Positions 23,058 through 32,553 are shown, counted from the stretch's first letter. The stretch is 64,000 bases of DNA from Macrostomum hystrix (GCA_950097015.1 CATNEN010000024.1:1922001-1986000), one strand, 5' to 3'. The notes: a model not told the origin generated them from the letters alone. A program made the numbers and translations.

Positions 23058-23846
23058 TGTCGTAGGTCTCCTTACTTATATCTTACAGCTGCCACTAAGT
23101 TGTCGTAGGCCTCCTTCTTAACTCCCACTGCTTTCACCAATTTGTCGTAGGCTCTCTCCTCTTTGGGTTTAAATATCACCGATACTATTTTATTAAATAT
23201 TAACAATTGCTTATTTCACACCTTGAATTAACCTTTGAAATAACTCTTAATTTCCTTTGTCTATGACTTAGTTATTCTTCATAGGCTAGCTATGTATCCT
23301 CTTATTACATATGCATATATTGCTTAACTTGGCCAGATAGGCTACTTTCCTTCCAAAATTGGTAGCGTTCTCACGAGTGTCCGAGCGGCAAGACACTTTC
23401 TTTCTCCCGTTACTTACTCTCAATTATCTGGCTTTCTGGTTTCCCAGTCTTCAAGGCTTCCAATGGACTGGAGTTGTCCAACTTTGCACACAGTGCCAGT
23501 CACCAATCTGGGAGTTTACCCTCTGTTCCTTTAGTTTTAACACTATTCTGCTTTTGATCAATATCTCCTTCTTTATTCCTTCGAATATTCCTGGCTTGTG
23601 TATGAACACGGACCTGCTTTTCCTCTCTCTCTCTAAATAAGAACTCTTTGAACACTTTGAAACTTTACTCTCCTTTATTCAGCTTAGAACTGGGCGCGAG
23701 GCACCGGTTGGGGCTAAAATGCGCTTGTATTTATACTAAGAATTGAGGTGGATGACAAAGCATAGTAAAACAAAGACAAAAAGATCGAGGAAAACATTTG
23801 GCGGTAATTCAAGTTAGCAATATACGATAAATTTGGGCCTGCCTCA
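23058..23846 (-). repeat. 3' LTR
   Basis: Same length as 31161-31949 with no mismatch seen by eye; minus-strand TATAAATA at 23728-23735 and AATAAA near 23674-23679; short purine tract AGGGGAAG just inside (about 23853-23860). Confidence 0.97.
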
Positions 23847-23880
23847 ACTGGCTTCCCCTATATAAATTTTTGAATAAGTA

Positions 23881-23992
23881 AAACGCGTGACAAAATTTAT
23901 AAAAAGTAGAAAGTACAAATATCAGGCACACAACGCGTGACAAAATTTAAAAAAAGTAGAAAGTACAAATATCAGGCACACAACGCGTGACG
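23881..23992. repeat. 50-bp tandem repeat with three ACGCGTGA motifs in the retroelement 3' non-coding region
   Basis: ACGCGT at 23883, 23933 and 23983. Confidence 0.9.
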
Positions 23993-24024
23993 AAAAGCAA
24001 AAATAAAACGGTTAAATTGTCCTT

Positions 24025-25188
24025 TTAAGAGAAATAGCACTCATTAGGCAGTCTTTCGTTGCGGGGCCAACCGACTGTGCTCGCCATCCACCTCAACTCA
24101 ATGTTGAGGGGGATGCGATTCACCGGTAAGGGGCTGCGGTTGATTACTCTCCTAGCATATTGCACGGCCCTCTTCCAGGCGGTAATGCAGTATCCTCTGG
24201 CGAATTTGTCGCACAGTACCCGCATAGCAGAATAAATTGCGGCGCGCTGTGGGTACCGCCGGTCATTATTGTACAACCCGGCGTCCAGGACATATCCTTT
24301 CATGTGACGAATTAGCCGCGTGTAGTGTTCATGTTGGGCCTTCGGAATTTCAGCCATCGCTCGGGCGAATTCTTCTTGGCTCTCCGCAGGCTCCATTTCG
24401 ATGTCTTCTTCCGTATCCGAGTTCGGCTGCGGCTGAGGCGACTGCTGGAACTGCCGCTCTGGCTGCTGCTGCTGCGGCGGCTGCGGCTGCTGCGATTGCT
24501 GCGGCTGGGGCTGCTTCCGTGATGGCTGTGGCGGTGGCTGTGGCTGTGGCTGCGGCTGCTGCTGCTGCGACGACTGTGGCTGCGATGACTGCGGCTGTTG
24601 CTGAAAATCCGTCCGGTACTGGTACTGGATCGGTACCTTGATAGCCTTTGGCGCTATATGCCGTCCCTTAGGCGGTGGCCGTGGTTGAGGGCTCGGCTTC
24701 GGCGCTATCCATCGTCGTCCGGCAGCACGCCGACCTGGTTCCTGGCTTGGAGCTTCAATTGCCTTGGTGACCCTGGCGGCTTCAGATGGCTTAGCTTGAA
24801 CAGCTTCCATTGCTGCCACCGGTGCTATCGACTGCTGCTGGAGCAAATTCAACCGCGTGGTGGCGTCGAGGTACACCGGTAGCCTAGAGCTCGGCAATCT
24901 CTTCTTGTTCGCGGTCTCATCTTGCATAGTGGTGGCGGCTCGCTTTTGGGTGTTCACTCTCGGTTGTTGACCGACCATGGATGGCTGCGTTCTTTGCCGT
25001 AGTGGCGCCTCGAGTCCTTCTGGTTCGTCAATTATTGCTTGGATGATATCGTCTTCGCCATTTCCGGCTCCGTTCTCTTGCTCTACTCTGTCTGGCTCAG
25101 TGTTCTCATTGTCCGAGAAATCCACTGTAACTGCTTCTAGCAACTTCTCAAATTCGCTTGCGCTTATGGCTTCTTGATCTTGCTCCAT
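24025..25188 (-). CDS. Accessory ORF3 of the Gypsy element (387 aa; acidic N-terminus, Q/P-rich linker, ~110-aa globular C-terminal domain); not env-like
   Basis: Intact ATG-to-stop ORF between pol and the 3' LTR, same strand as gag-pol, with its own promoter motifs upstream; no signal peptide or TM segment. Confidence 0.8.
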   Translation of the reverse strand: MEQDQEAISASEFEKLLEAVTVDFSDNENTEPDRVEQENGAGNGEDDIIQAIIDEPEGLEAPLRQRTQPSMVGQQPRVNTQKRAATTMQDETANKKRLPSSRLPVYLDATTRLNLLQQQSIAPVAAMEAVQAKPSEAARVTKAIEAPSQEPGRRAAGRRWIAPKPSPQPRPPPKGRHIAPKAIKVPIQYQYRTDFQQQPQSSQPQSSQQQQPQPQPQPPPQPSRKQPQPQQSQQPQPPQQQQPERQFQQSPQPQPNSDTEEDIEMEPAESQEEFARAMAEIPKAQHEHYTRLIRHMKGYVLDAGLYNNDRRYPQRAAIYSAMRVLCDKFARGYCITAWKRAVQYARRVINRSPLPVNRIPLNIELRWMASTVGWPRNERLPNECYFS

Positions 25189-25251
25189 TCTTCTTTGTCA
25201 GTATGACTTCTTCTCTCTGCTTATGTTTGTTTTGTGTTCCCAGGGCTCTGG

Positions 25252-25332
25252 TTTATATAGGCGCGAAACTGACACTCTTCATTGTGTCTCAGATTTCATT
25301 GGGCTATACTGGCTTATTTCTAATCCTATTGG
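25252..25332 (-). promoter_or_regulatory. Internal Pol II promoter of ORF3: CCAAT, CCAAT, E2F-type site, TATA
   Basis: Minus-strand CCAAT at 25328-25332 and 25298-25302, TTTCGCGC at 25261-25268, TATATAAA at 25252-25259; ATG 64 nt downstream of the TATA. Confidence 0.6.
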
Positions 25333-25451
25333 TTCCCTACTTGATTTCAATTAACCCCTACCTAATTGACTGGAAGTGGCTAACCCCTACTCCCTTTCTA
25401 TCCCTTGCACGTGGTCTCCTTGTGTTATTATTGCGTCACCCCAATCTCTGC

Positions 25452-28400
25452 CTAGATCTGTAAATTCCCTATTATACTGAACACGGTGGCAATCCTCTGC
25501 AAATAGCCTTCAAACCTCGCGGGGGGTCTGATTTGTCTGCGCGGACGGCTTGTCACTCCTTCCCTTTCTTCATTCTGTGCAATGTACATGCCTCCTTCTG
25601 AGGTGGCTGTCGCCAGACCCTCAGCTGTCCCTTCGCTTTCGCTCTCCTCTTCACTGCTCGTAGCCTCAGGCTCGGTGTGTGATTCATCCTCCACTTCTAT
25701 CTCAGCTCCTAGTTCCAAATCTTCTCCATTAATTTCACTTGGGTTTTCTCTAAAATGACATTGCCATTCTAATCTGTCTTCTTCCTCTTCGGATTCATCT
25801 TCCTCTGTTAGAACAACTCTTCCCTTCTCCTTCGGCTGGCTTCCCCTAACTTTGACCTCTGTCTTCTTAGCTTTCTTCTCTGGTGCGGCCTGGCTTCCCC
25901 TAATTAATTCCTCTTGGGTCGAATTAGGCACAATAGTTATGTTGTCTCTATGGACAATCATGACATTGCCCACTAGTTGTCCTTGCTCCTCCTTTTGCAC
26001 ACGAAACACTACATCTGAGATTTGCTCTATTACTCTGAAGGCTGATCTCTTTTTCCTATGAAATTTGTGAGATTCCTCACTGTCCAACTGTGGATTATTA
26101 ATCAACACAAGACTTCCAACTGGGACTGTCTTAGGCAATTTGCTGTTTTTCGCAGACTCTTGTCTGTTACTGACAACCTTCTCCAATTTTCTTTTGACAA
26201 TGTCTCTCGCAATCTTCAATCGTGCGGCATGTTCTGTCACGTAAGATGGATAACTGGCGAATGACTTTGGTTGGCTGATTTGACTGTCCATAGGCAATAC
26301 TGCTTCCCGTCCAAATAACAGGTAGTGGGGAGTAAAGCCTGTGGTTTTGTTCACACTAGTGCGGACAGCAACTAATGCAGCTGGGATCATAAGGTCCCAA
26401 TCACTGTGATCTTTCTCAATGAGACAGGTTACTATTGATTTAATTTGCTTGTTAAATCTCTCCACCAATCCATTGCTTTGGGCATGGTAGGGTGTTGTAG
26501 ACGTATGCTTCACGTTGTACATTTCGCAAAAAGCTTTGAACTGCTTGCTAGCGAATGCCTTGCCATTGTCTGTGTGTAACCACTGACATTGCCCATACTC
26601 TGCGAAGATTCTTTCCTGTAAGATTTTGATCACAGTATCTGACTTTTGATTTCTAGTTGGGAATGCAAACGGATATCGAGTGGTGCTATCCACAATAGTT
26701 AGGACATACTTGTGCCCTCTTTTGCTCTCTTTGGATAGTGGTCCTATAAAATCGACATGCAGGCGATGGAAAGGTTCACTGATAGGGAACGATTGCACTG
26801 GCGCCTGAATCGGGTTTCCTCTCTTGCTTTCCAGGCACGGAATACACTCTGCGATATGAGCTTCCACTGCTTTGACCAATCCTGGTCTCCAAAATCTCTG
26901 CCTGACACGTTGAATTGTTTTATCGCGTCCCAAATGTCCTGCTAGGGGGCTATCATGAAGATCGCTGAGAACTAGCTTATCCAAGGACTGGGGCAGTACA
27001 ACTTTCCAACTGTCATCTTCGCTAATGATTAGCATCTCATTCTCTACCTTCATATCCTCAAAGAATTTCCTCATCTTCTTCAATTCTGGGCTGACAATTT
27101 CAGGTAACTGGGGATTGTTCTCTCCTGATTTCTTCCATTCAATTAGCACTTTAATTACTGGGTCATCTCTTTGTGACGCAATAATTTGCTCTCGTTTCAA
27201 TGGGCTGGGTAAGAAATCGGTCAATAACTTCTCGCACTTGCTACTTGTTGCTTGCAGCATATCCTCACTCTCAATAGGATTAAATTCTTCAGGAACTGGA
27301 CTCGGAAGCGGAATGCTGGAGTCATGTTCAAGTTCACTGGGAATTCTCACCTCTCCTTGTCCTGAGATAGTAGACTGGATCCTGCTATTGGGATCTAACG
27401 TCTTTTTCTCTCCTTCACTTAGGGCAGTCTGGGGCTGTGTCAAGCTACATGAGCTATCATTAGCCTTAACTTCCTGTCCTGACTCTTCCATTACACTGCA
27501 GCTTTGCACTATCGGCTCAATAACTTGCTCTGCTTCAGGGACATCAGCTGGTCTTCTTGACAGACTGTCAGCGTTCTGGTTCTTTGCACCGCTTCTGTGT
27601 TCTATATCGAACGAGAATTCGTTTAGGCGCTCGACCCACCGACCAAGAATTCCTTGAGCTTCTGTTTGCCTTAACAGCCAAATTATCGCCTTATGATCCG
27701 TTCTTGCCAAAAACTTCTTGCCTAACAGGTAGAAACGGAAATGCCTCATGGCATCCACTAGGGCTAAGAGTTCCTTTCTAGTGATAGGGTAGCGTTTTTC
27801 CGACTCTTTCATAGCTCGGCTGAAATAAGCTATGGGTCTCTCTATGCCATCTGATTGGATCTGGCTAAGTACAGCGCCAATACGGCTATCACTTGCATCG
27901 GTATCCAATACCATCTTCACCTTCTCATCATCCACAAATTCGGGATACGCTAAGACTTCAGTGGACATCATCCGGTTCTTTAGCGACTCAAACGCTTCGT
28001 CATGCTCTTTGCTCCATCTCTCTTGAAAGTTCTTAATTCCTTTCCTTGTTAGCTGGAAAAGGGGATGGGCAGCTTCTGCATAATTTTTAATGAAGCGGCT
28101 ATAGTAATTACATAGGCCAAGGAAACTGCGTAGCTCTTTCACATCTTTTGGCTTCGGCCAGGTCTTAATAGCTTCAATCTTCGTCTCATCCGTACGGATA
28201 CCTTCTGTACTGATCACATGTCCTAAGTACTTTAATTCTCTATGAAAAAGGTTACATTTCTTTGGCCTTAGCTTCAATCCTGCGATTATTAATCTCTTGA
28301 ACACTTCCTTTAGATGGGAAAGGTGGTCATTAAAGTTCTTCGAATAGGTAACTATATCGTCTATATACGACATAGCAAATTGATGTTGAATCCCTAAAAG

Positions 28401-30200
28401 TACAAGATTCATGAGCCTCTGGAAGGTTCCTGGGGCATTGGACAAACCTTGCGCCATAACCTCATACTCAAACTGGCCTCGGGTTAAAGTAGAGAAGGCG
28501 GTCATGAACTTGTGTTCTTCCTTTATTGGCACCTGCCAATAACCAGAATTCAAATCGAGACTACTAAAATATTGACTACCAGATAAGTAGGTGAAAGTCT
28601 GATGAATGTTAGGAAGCGGATACGGAACATAGTTCACCTTCGAGTTTAACACTCTGAAATCACTTACAATCCGTATGGATCCGTCCTTTTTCGGCACAAT
28701 GACTAGTGGTGTAGAATAAGTTGAATAACTGGGCCTGATTAAATTTTTAGCCAACATGTCATCCAACTGTGTGTCGACTTGCTTTTGGAGATGGGGTGGT
28801 ATTCTCCTAGTTGGGATCCTCACGGGAGTCTCATCCTTCAGTGAGATCTCATGTGTGATCAGATGGGTTAAACCCATATCCAACTCATTCTGTGAAAAAG
28901 CTTCGCGATGCTCCTTCATCAATTCGATGACTGATTTCCTCTGGTCATCGGTAAGATCTTGACCAATATTAACTTCATTAATCCAGGCATCTTCCACAGT
29001 TTGTGTCTGGTTGACTCGTCCGGTAGGTTGACTGACTATTTCCTTTTCGGCTTCGAAATATTTCAACTCACTTGCCTTCACTGGTTTGGCTAGGCCTACC
29101 AATGTTGACTTCGACAGCTTCACCTCAACTGGATTGTTATTCACAATCTCCACAATGGCGGAACCTTCTCGCATTGTGACTAGAGTGGGAGCCATCTCGA
29201 CTGTCAATTCTTTGGCTTTTACGCCTTCGCCAATCATACTCACTGTCATAGGTGTTCCAAAATTGCACTCGGCATCTCTCGCCAATCTCACTGGGATTCT
29301 CAACGCACTATTTGCAGGAATCACTACTTTCTCCTGAGTATACACTCTGCATACTTTTACAGGTAGATGAGTGAACTGCATAGGAATGCTTGCTCCTTCA
29401 TTTAGAATCAACATGCCTTTAGCAAGATGAATGCTATCACAATGTCCTAGGAAAAATTTCATCCCTAAGATATTGTCGCTTTCATGTCCACACAAAAGGA
29501 ATTCTATTTCTATCTGGATGTCTCCGAATCTAACTGGAATACAACTCTCGCCTTCCAATTGTACTCTGGTTCCGTCGAAAGTAGAGACTCGCTTGTCTGT
29601 ACTTCTTATCTGTTCTGGCTTAAGTAATTTTGACCAAATAGATTTGCTCAAAAAGCTGTTCCTAGCCCCTGTGTCTAGGATAAAATTAATTTCCTGATTC
29701 TTAAATTTTCCTACAATTACTGCTTCAAATCCTTCAGGTTTAATAAGTTCTAGTTTAGAATTAGAAACAAATACTTTGCGTTTGTTCTCACGTGTCCTTG
29801 AGTACTTTCCAGATGTTGCGGCGGCTGATCTCGGTGCTGATACTTCGGAAGCTGGTTCCTCCAGGATTGACATGCAGGGGGCTGACGCAATGGTTGCTGA
29901 TACAGATGCCGCTGGGGCTAACGCAATGGGTGCTGACGCAGATGGTGCTGACGCAATGGGTGCTGACGCAGATGGTGCTGACGCAATGGGTGCTGACGCA
30001 GATGGTGCTAACGCAATGGGTGCTGACGCAGATGGTGCTGACGTAATGGGTGCTGATACTCGATACTTCGGCTGCTTCTGTGCATTACACAATCTCGACG
30101 ACTGGGCTGGGTATCGCCGATTCTTAGAGGCCTGCTGTTCGAATCGGGGTTTACTAGAGGGGCGCGGCCTCGACTCTCGTCCCTCGATATTCAGTTTCCC
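25452..30200 (-). CDS. pol: Pol polyprotein (protease, RT, RNase H, integrase), translated by -1 frameshift from gag
   Basis: ILDTGA protease; RT FSSLDLNSGYWQ...YIDD; RNase H DASD...E...TDHKA; integrase HHCC plus VDFIG/HTDNG/NGLVERFN and a degenerate GPY/F module. The frame is open back to 30263, overlapping the end of gag. Confidence 0.97.
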   Translation of the reverse strand, partial: GKLNIEGRESRPRPSSKPRFEQQASKNRRYPAQSSRLCNAQKQPKYRVSAPITSAPSASAPIALAPSASAPIASAPSASAPIASAPSASAPIALAPAASVSATIASAPCMSILEEPASEVSAPRSAAATSGKYSRTRENKRKVFVSNSKLELIKPEGFEAVIVGKFKNQEINFILDTGARNSFLSKSIWSKLLKPEQIRSTDKRVSTFDGTRVQLEGESCIPVRFGDIQIEIEFLLCGHESDNILGMKFFLGHCDSIHLAKGMLILNEGASIPMQFTHLPVKVCRVYTQEKVVIPANSALRIPVRLARDAECNFGTPMTVSMIGEGVKAKELTVEMAPTLVTMREGSAIVEIVNNNPVEVKLSKSTLVGLAKPVKASELKYFEAEKEIVSQPTGRVNQTQTVEDAWINEVNIGQDLTDDQRKSVIELMKEHREAFSQNELDMGLTHLITHEISLKDETPVRIPTRRIPPHLQKQVDTQLDDMLAKNLIRPSYSTYSTPLVIVPKKDGSIRIVSDFRVLNSKVNYVPYPLPNIHQTFTYLSGSQYFSSLDLNSGYWQVPIKEEHKFMTAFSTLTRGQFEYEVMAQGLSNAPGTFQRLMNLVLLGIQHQFAMSYIDDIVTYSKNFNDHLSHLKEVFKRLIIAGLKLRPKKCNLFHRELKYLGHVISTEGIRTDETKIEAIKTWPKPKDVKELRSFLGLCNYYSRFIKNYAEAAHPLFQLTRKGIKNFQERWSKEHDEAFESLKNRMMSTEVLAYPEFVDDEKVKMVLDTDASDSRIGAVLSQIQSDGIERPIAYFSRAMKESEKRYPITRKELLALVDAMRHFRFYLLGKKFLARTDHKAIIWLLRQTEAQGILGRWVERLNEFSFDIEHRSGAKNQNADSLSRRPADVPEAEQVIEPIVQSCSVMEESGQEVKANDSSCSLTQPQTALSEGEKKTLDPNSRIQSTISGQGEVRIPSELEHDSSIPLPSPVPEEFNPIESEDMLQATSSKCEKLLTDFLPSPLKREQIIASQRDDPVIKVLIEWKKSGENNPQLPEIVSPELKKMRKFFEDMKVENEMLIISEDDSWKVVLPQSLDKLVLSDLHDSPLAGHLGRDKTIQRVRQRFWRPGLVKAVEAHIAECIPCLESKRGNPIQAPVQSFPISEPFHRLHVDFIGPLSKESKRGHKYVLTIVDSTTRYPFAFPTRNQKSDTVIKILQERIFAEYGQCQWLHTDNGKAFASKQFKAFCEMYNVKHTSTTPYHAQSNGLVERFNKQIKSIVTCLIEKDHSDWDLMIPAALVAVRTSVNKTTGFTPHYLLFGREAVLPMDSQISQPKSFASYPSYVTEHAARLKIARDIVKRKLEKVVSNRQESAKNSKLPKTVPVGSLVLINNPQLDSEESHKFHRKKRSAFRVIEQISDVVFRVQKEEQGQLVGNVMIVHRDNITIVPNSTQEELIRGSQAAPEKKAKKTEVKVRGSQPKEKGRVVLTEEDESEEEEDRLEWQCHFRENPSEINGEDLELGAEIEVEDESHTEPEATSSEEESESEGTAEGLATATSEGGMYIAQNEEREGVTSRPRRQIRPPARFEGYLQRIATVFSIIGNLQI

Positions 30201-31090
30201 TGATATCGGTACTGCTGCTGCTGCTGTGAGCTCTTGCAGTACTTGGCAATATGCCCAACTTTGTTACAGTTAAAACATGTCGGCGGAGGCCTCGACTGTT
30301 GCTGCGGCTTCAGGTACGTCTTCGGCTGCATGAGCGGCTGAGGTGTTACCCTCTGGCATTCAGCCTTCCTTCTTTCCTGAATCAGGTCTTCAATCAGCTT
30401 CTTCTGCTTATTGATTTCATACTTCTGCCTCTCGATGGTCTCCTCCATCTTCTTATTCCGATCTTCGTCGAATTGCTCGTCTTTAACAACTCGAACTCCA
30501 CTCTTGTGTGACATATGCCACGCTGCTTCGATGCGTCTCAACATCCTTCTAGCCTCTTGCAGGCTGGCTGGCTGTGCAAATATTAACTTTTCCCTAGTGT
30601 CGGAAGGGATTCTCGCTCCTTTAATGAACTGCTCTACTACTTCCTCCTCCCTTTGTTCAGCATTCATATTGGGGAATGCTTGCGCGGACAACTCAATCAA
30701 GGCATCTGCGAATGAGTCAACGGGCTCATTCCTCCCTTGCATTCTACCTCTAAATTCCTCCCTAAACTCGGCTGAGCTTCCTAGTCTTCCGAATCTTTCG
30801 ATTAGTCTTTCCTTCAACTCCTCATACGTTAAGTCTTCTGGCAGATTCAACCGCTGAACGGCTGCAAATGCAGTCGCGAGGTCTAGATTAGCTAACAGCT
30901 CATTCTTCCTATGTTCATCCTGTTCTAATCCTTCATTGTCGCATCTCTGATCAAATGCTTTGAGCCAAATTCTGATGTCCTGGCTAGGTGTGTACTTTTG
31001 GATCTTTACGTGTCTCATGGGTCCTAATTCTAGTCTATTTCTTAATTCTTCTGCTAACAAGCCAATAGCATCATTAATTCCTGCGGCCAT
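30191..31090 (-). CDS. gag: Gag (299 aa) with CCHC zinc knuckle
   Basis: ATG 55 nt after the PBS; capsid-like region (RMQGRNEPVDSFADAL...QFIKG); CFNCNKVGHIAKYC. Confidence 0.95.
   Translation of the reverse strand: MAAGINDAIGLLAEELRNRLELGPMRHVKIQKYTPSQDIRIWLKAFDQRCDNEGLEQDEHRKNELLANLDLATAFAAVQRLNLPEDLTYEELKERLIERFGRLGSSAEFREEFRGRMQGRNEPVDSFADALIELSAQAFPNMNAEQREEEVVEQFIKGARIPSDTREKLIFAQPASLQEARRMLRRIEAAWHMSHKSGVRVVKDEQFDEDRNKKMEETIERQKYEINKQKKLIEDLIQERRKAECQRVTPQPLMQPKTYLKPQQQSRPPPTCFNCNKVGHIAKYCKSSQQQQQYRYQGN
30194..30200 (-). promoter_or_regulatory. -1 ribosomal frameshift slippery site G GGA AAC
   Basis: Heptamer is in gag frame directly before the gag TGA; a -1 shift enters the pol frame (GGG AAA CTG). 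Confidence 0.85.
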
Positions 31091-31144
31091 ACCTTTATCT
31101 AACTTTCAAACTGACTGTGTGCTTTAGCTGGATTCCAATCCTTT

Positions 31145-31157
31145 ACCGCTGTCACCA
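31145..31157 (-). promoter_or_regulatory. Primer binding site, tRNA-Leu-like (TGGTGACAGCGGT)
   Basis: Starts with TGG 3 nt inside the 5' LTR; resembles the complement of tRNA-Leu(AAG/UAG) 3' ends (TGGTGGCAGCGGT) with one mismatch. Confidence 0.75.
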
Positions 31158-31160
31158 AGT

Positions 31161-31949
31161 TGTCGTAGGTCTCCTTACTTATATCTTACAGCTGCCACTA
31201 AGTTGTCGTAGGCCTCCTTCTTAACTCCCACTGCTTTCACCAATTTGTCGTAGGCTCTCTCCTCTTTGGGTTTAAATATCACCGATACTATTTTATTAAA
31301 TATTAACAATTGCTTATTTCACACCTTGAATTAACCTTTGAAATAACTCTTAATTTCCTTTGTCTATGACTTAGTTATTCTTCATAGGCTAGCTATGTAT
31401 CCTCTTATTACATATGCATATATTGCTTAACTTGGCCAGATAGGCTACTTTCCTTCCAAAATTGGTAGCGTTCTCACGAGTGTCCGAGCGGCAAGACACT
31501 TTCTTTCTCCCGTTACTTACTCTCAATTATCTGGCTTTCTGGTTTCCCAGTCTTCAAGGCTTCCAATGGACTGGAGTTGTCCAACTTTGCACACAGTGCC
31601 AGTCACCAATCTGGGAGTTTACCCTCTGTTCCTTTAGTTTTAACACTATTCTGCTTTTGATCAATATCTCCTTCTTTATTCCTTCGAATATTCCTGGCTT
31701 GTGTATGAACACGGACCTGCTTTTCCTCTCTCTCTCTAAATAAGAACTCTTTGAACACTTTGAAACTTTACTCTCCTTTATTCAGCTTAGAACTGGGCGC
31801 GAGGCACCGGTTGGGGCTAAAATGCGCTTGTATTTATACTAAGAATTGAGGTGGATGACAAAGCATAGTAAAACAAAGACAAAAAGATCGAGGAAAACAT
31901 TTGGCGGTAATTCAAGTTAGCAATATACGATAAATTTGGGCCTGCCTCA
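31161..31949 (-). repeat. 5' LTR
   Basis: Copy of 23058-23846 at offset 8103; TATAAATA at 31831-31838. Confidence 0.97.
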
Positions 31950-32553
31950 GATTTTTTATAGTAATTATCATTCCCTGTTAGAAGCATTAGAGTTAGGCCT
32001 ATGCTCTAGCATAGGCTAAGGCATATGTGATGTCAAATTACAAGGATGCAGGATGAAAAAAAAACTGTGCCTACTTCTTGTTTTCGGGTTTACAGGTTTA
32101 CAATAAGCTTAATTCGACTTTTTTGCCACAGCACATCCCTTCCAACCCTTCGCAGTTGTACTTCTATGCCAACAAATATGTGAGTTGAGTAGCCTAGGCC
32201 TGGCCTTATTTTTTAAATCAAACTTAAGATAGGGCCTAGGCCCTATTATTATTTTTTAAGTTAGGCCTAGGCCCACACAGGATGTCTGCTAAAAGCCGAT
32301 TTTAGAGGAAAATTTGTGATCTGAACCCCACCTAAAAGTGAAAGTTTAATCCTAGGCCTATAAGTAAAAATGGTGTCTTAAAAAAGCTGAATGTTTCAGT
32401 GATAAAAGTGGTTTAGATAGACTATAATGTGACTTTGTCTTTAAGATATGTTCACAGTGTGCTAGGCCTACAGATTTTCTTTTTTTGCTGGGCCTACTTA
32501 GAGACATTTTTGCTCTTAAAATCTATAGTTATGTGTTTTGCTAATGGTTGATG

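Larger units (their letters stand above)
23058..31949 (-). mobile_element. Full-length Ty3/Gypsy LTR retrotransposon (8,892 bp)
   Basis: Two 789-bp TG...CA LTRs, 4-bp TSD GATT (23054-23057 and 31950-31953), PBS, gag with CCHC knuckle, pol in PR-RT-RH-IN order, extra 3' ORF. Confidence 0.98.

Noticed and set aside
23359-23640. 93-aa ORF duplicated at 31462-31743
   Set aside because: It lies antisense inside the LTRs, starts at TTG, and is identical only because the LTRs are.
24025-25188. ORF3 as an envelope gene
   Set aside because: It is in the env position but has no signal peptide, furin site, fusion peptide or TM anchor.
25852-30857. Plus-strand ORFs antisense to gag/pol/ORF3 (up to 210 aa)
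   Set aside because: Typical antisense shadows of coding sequence with no recognisable motifs.
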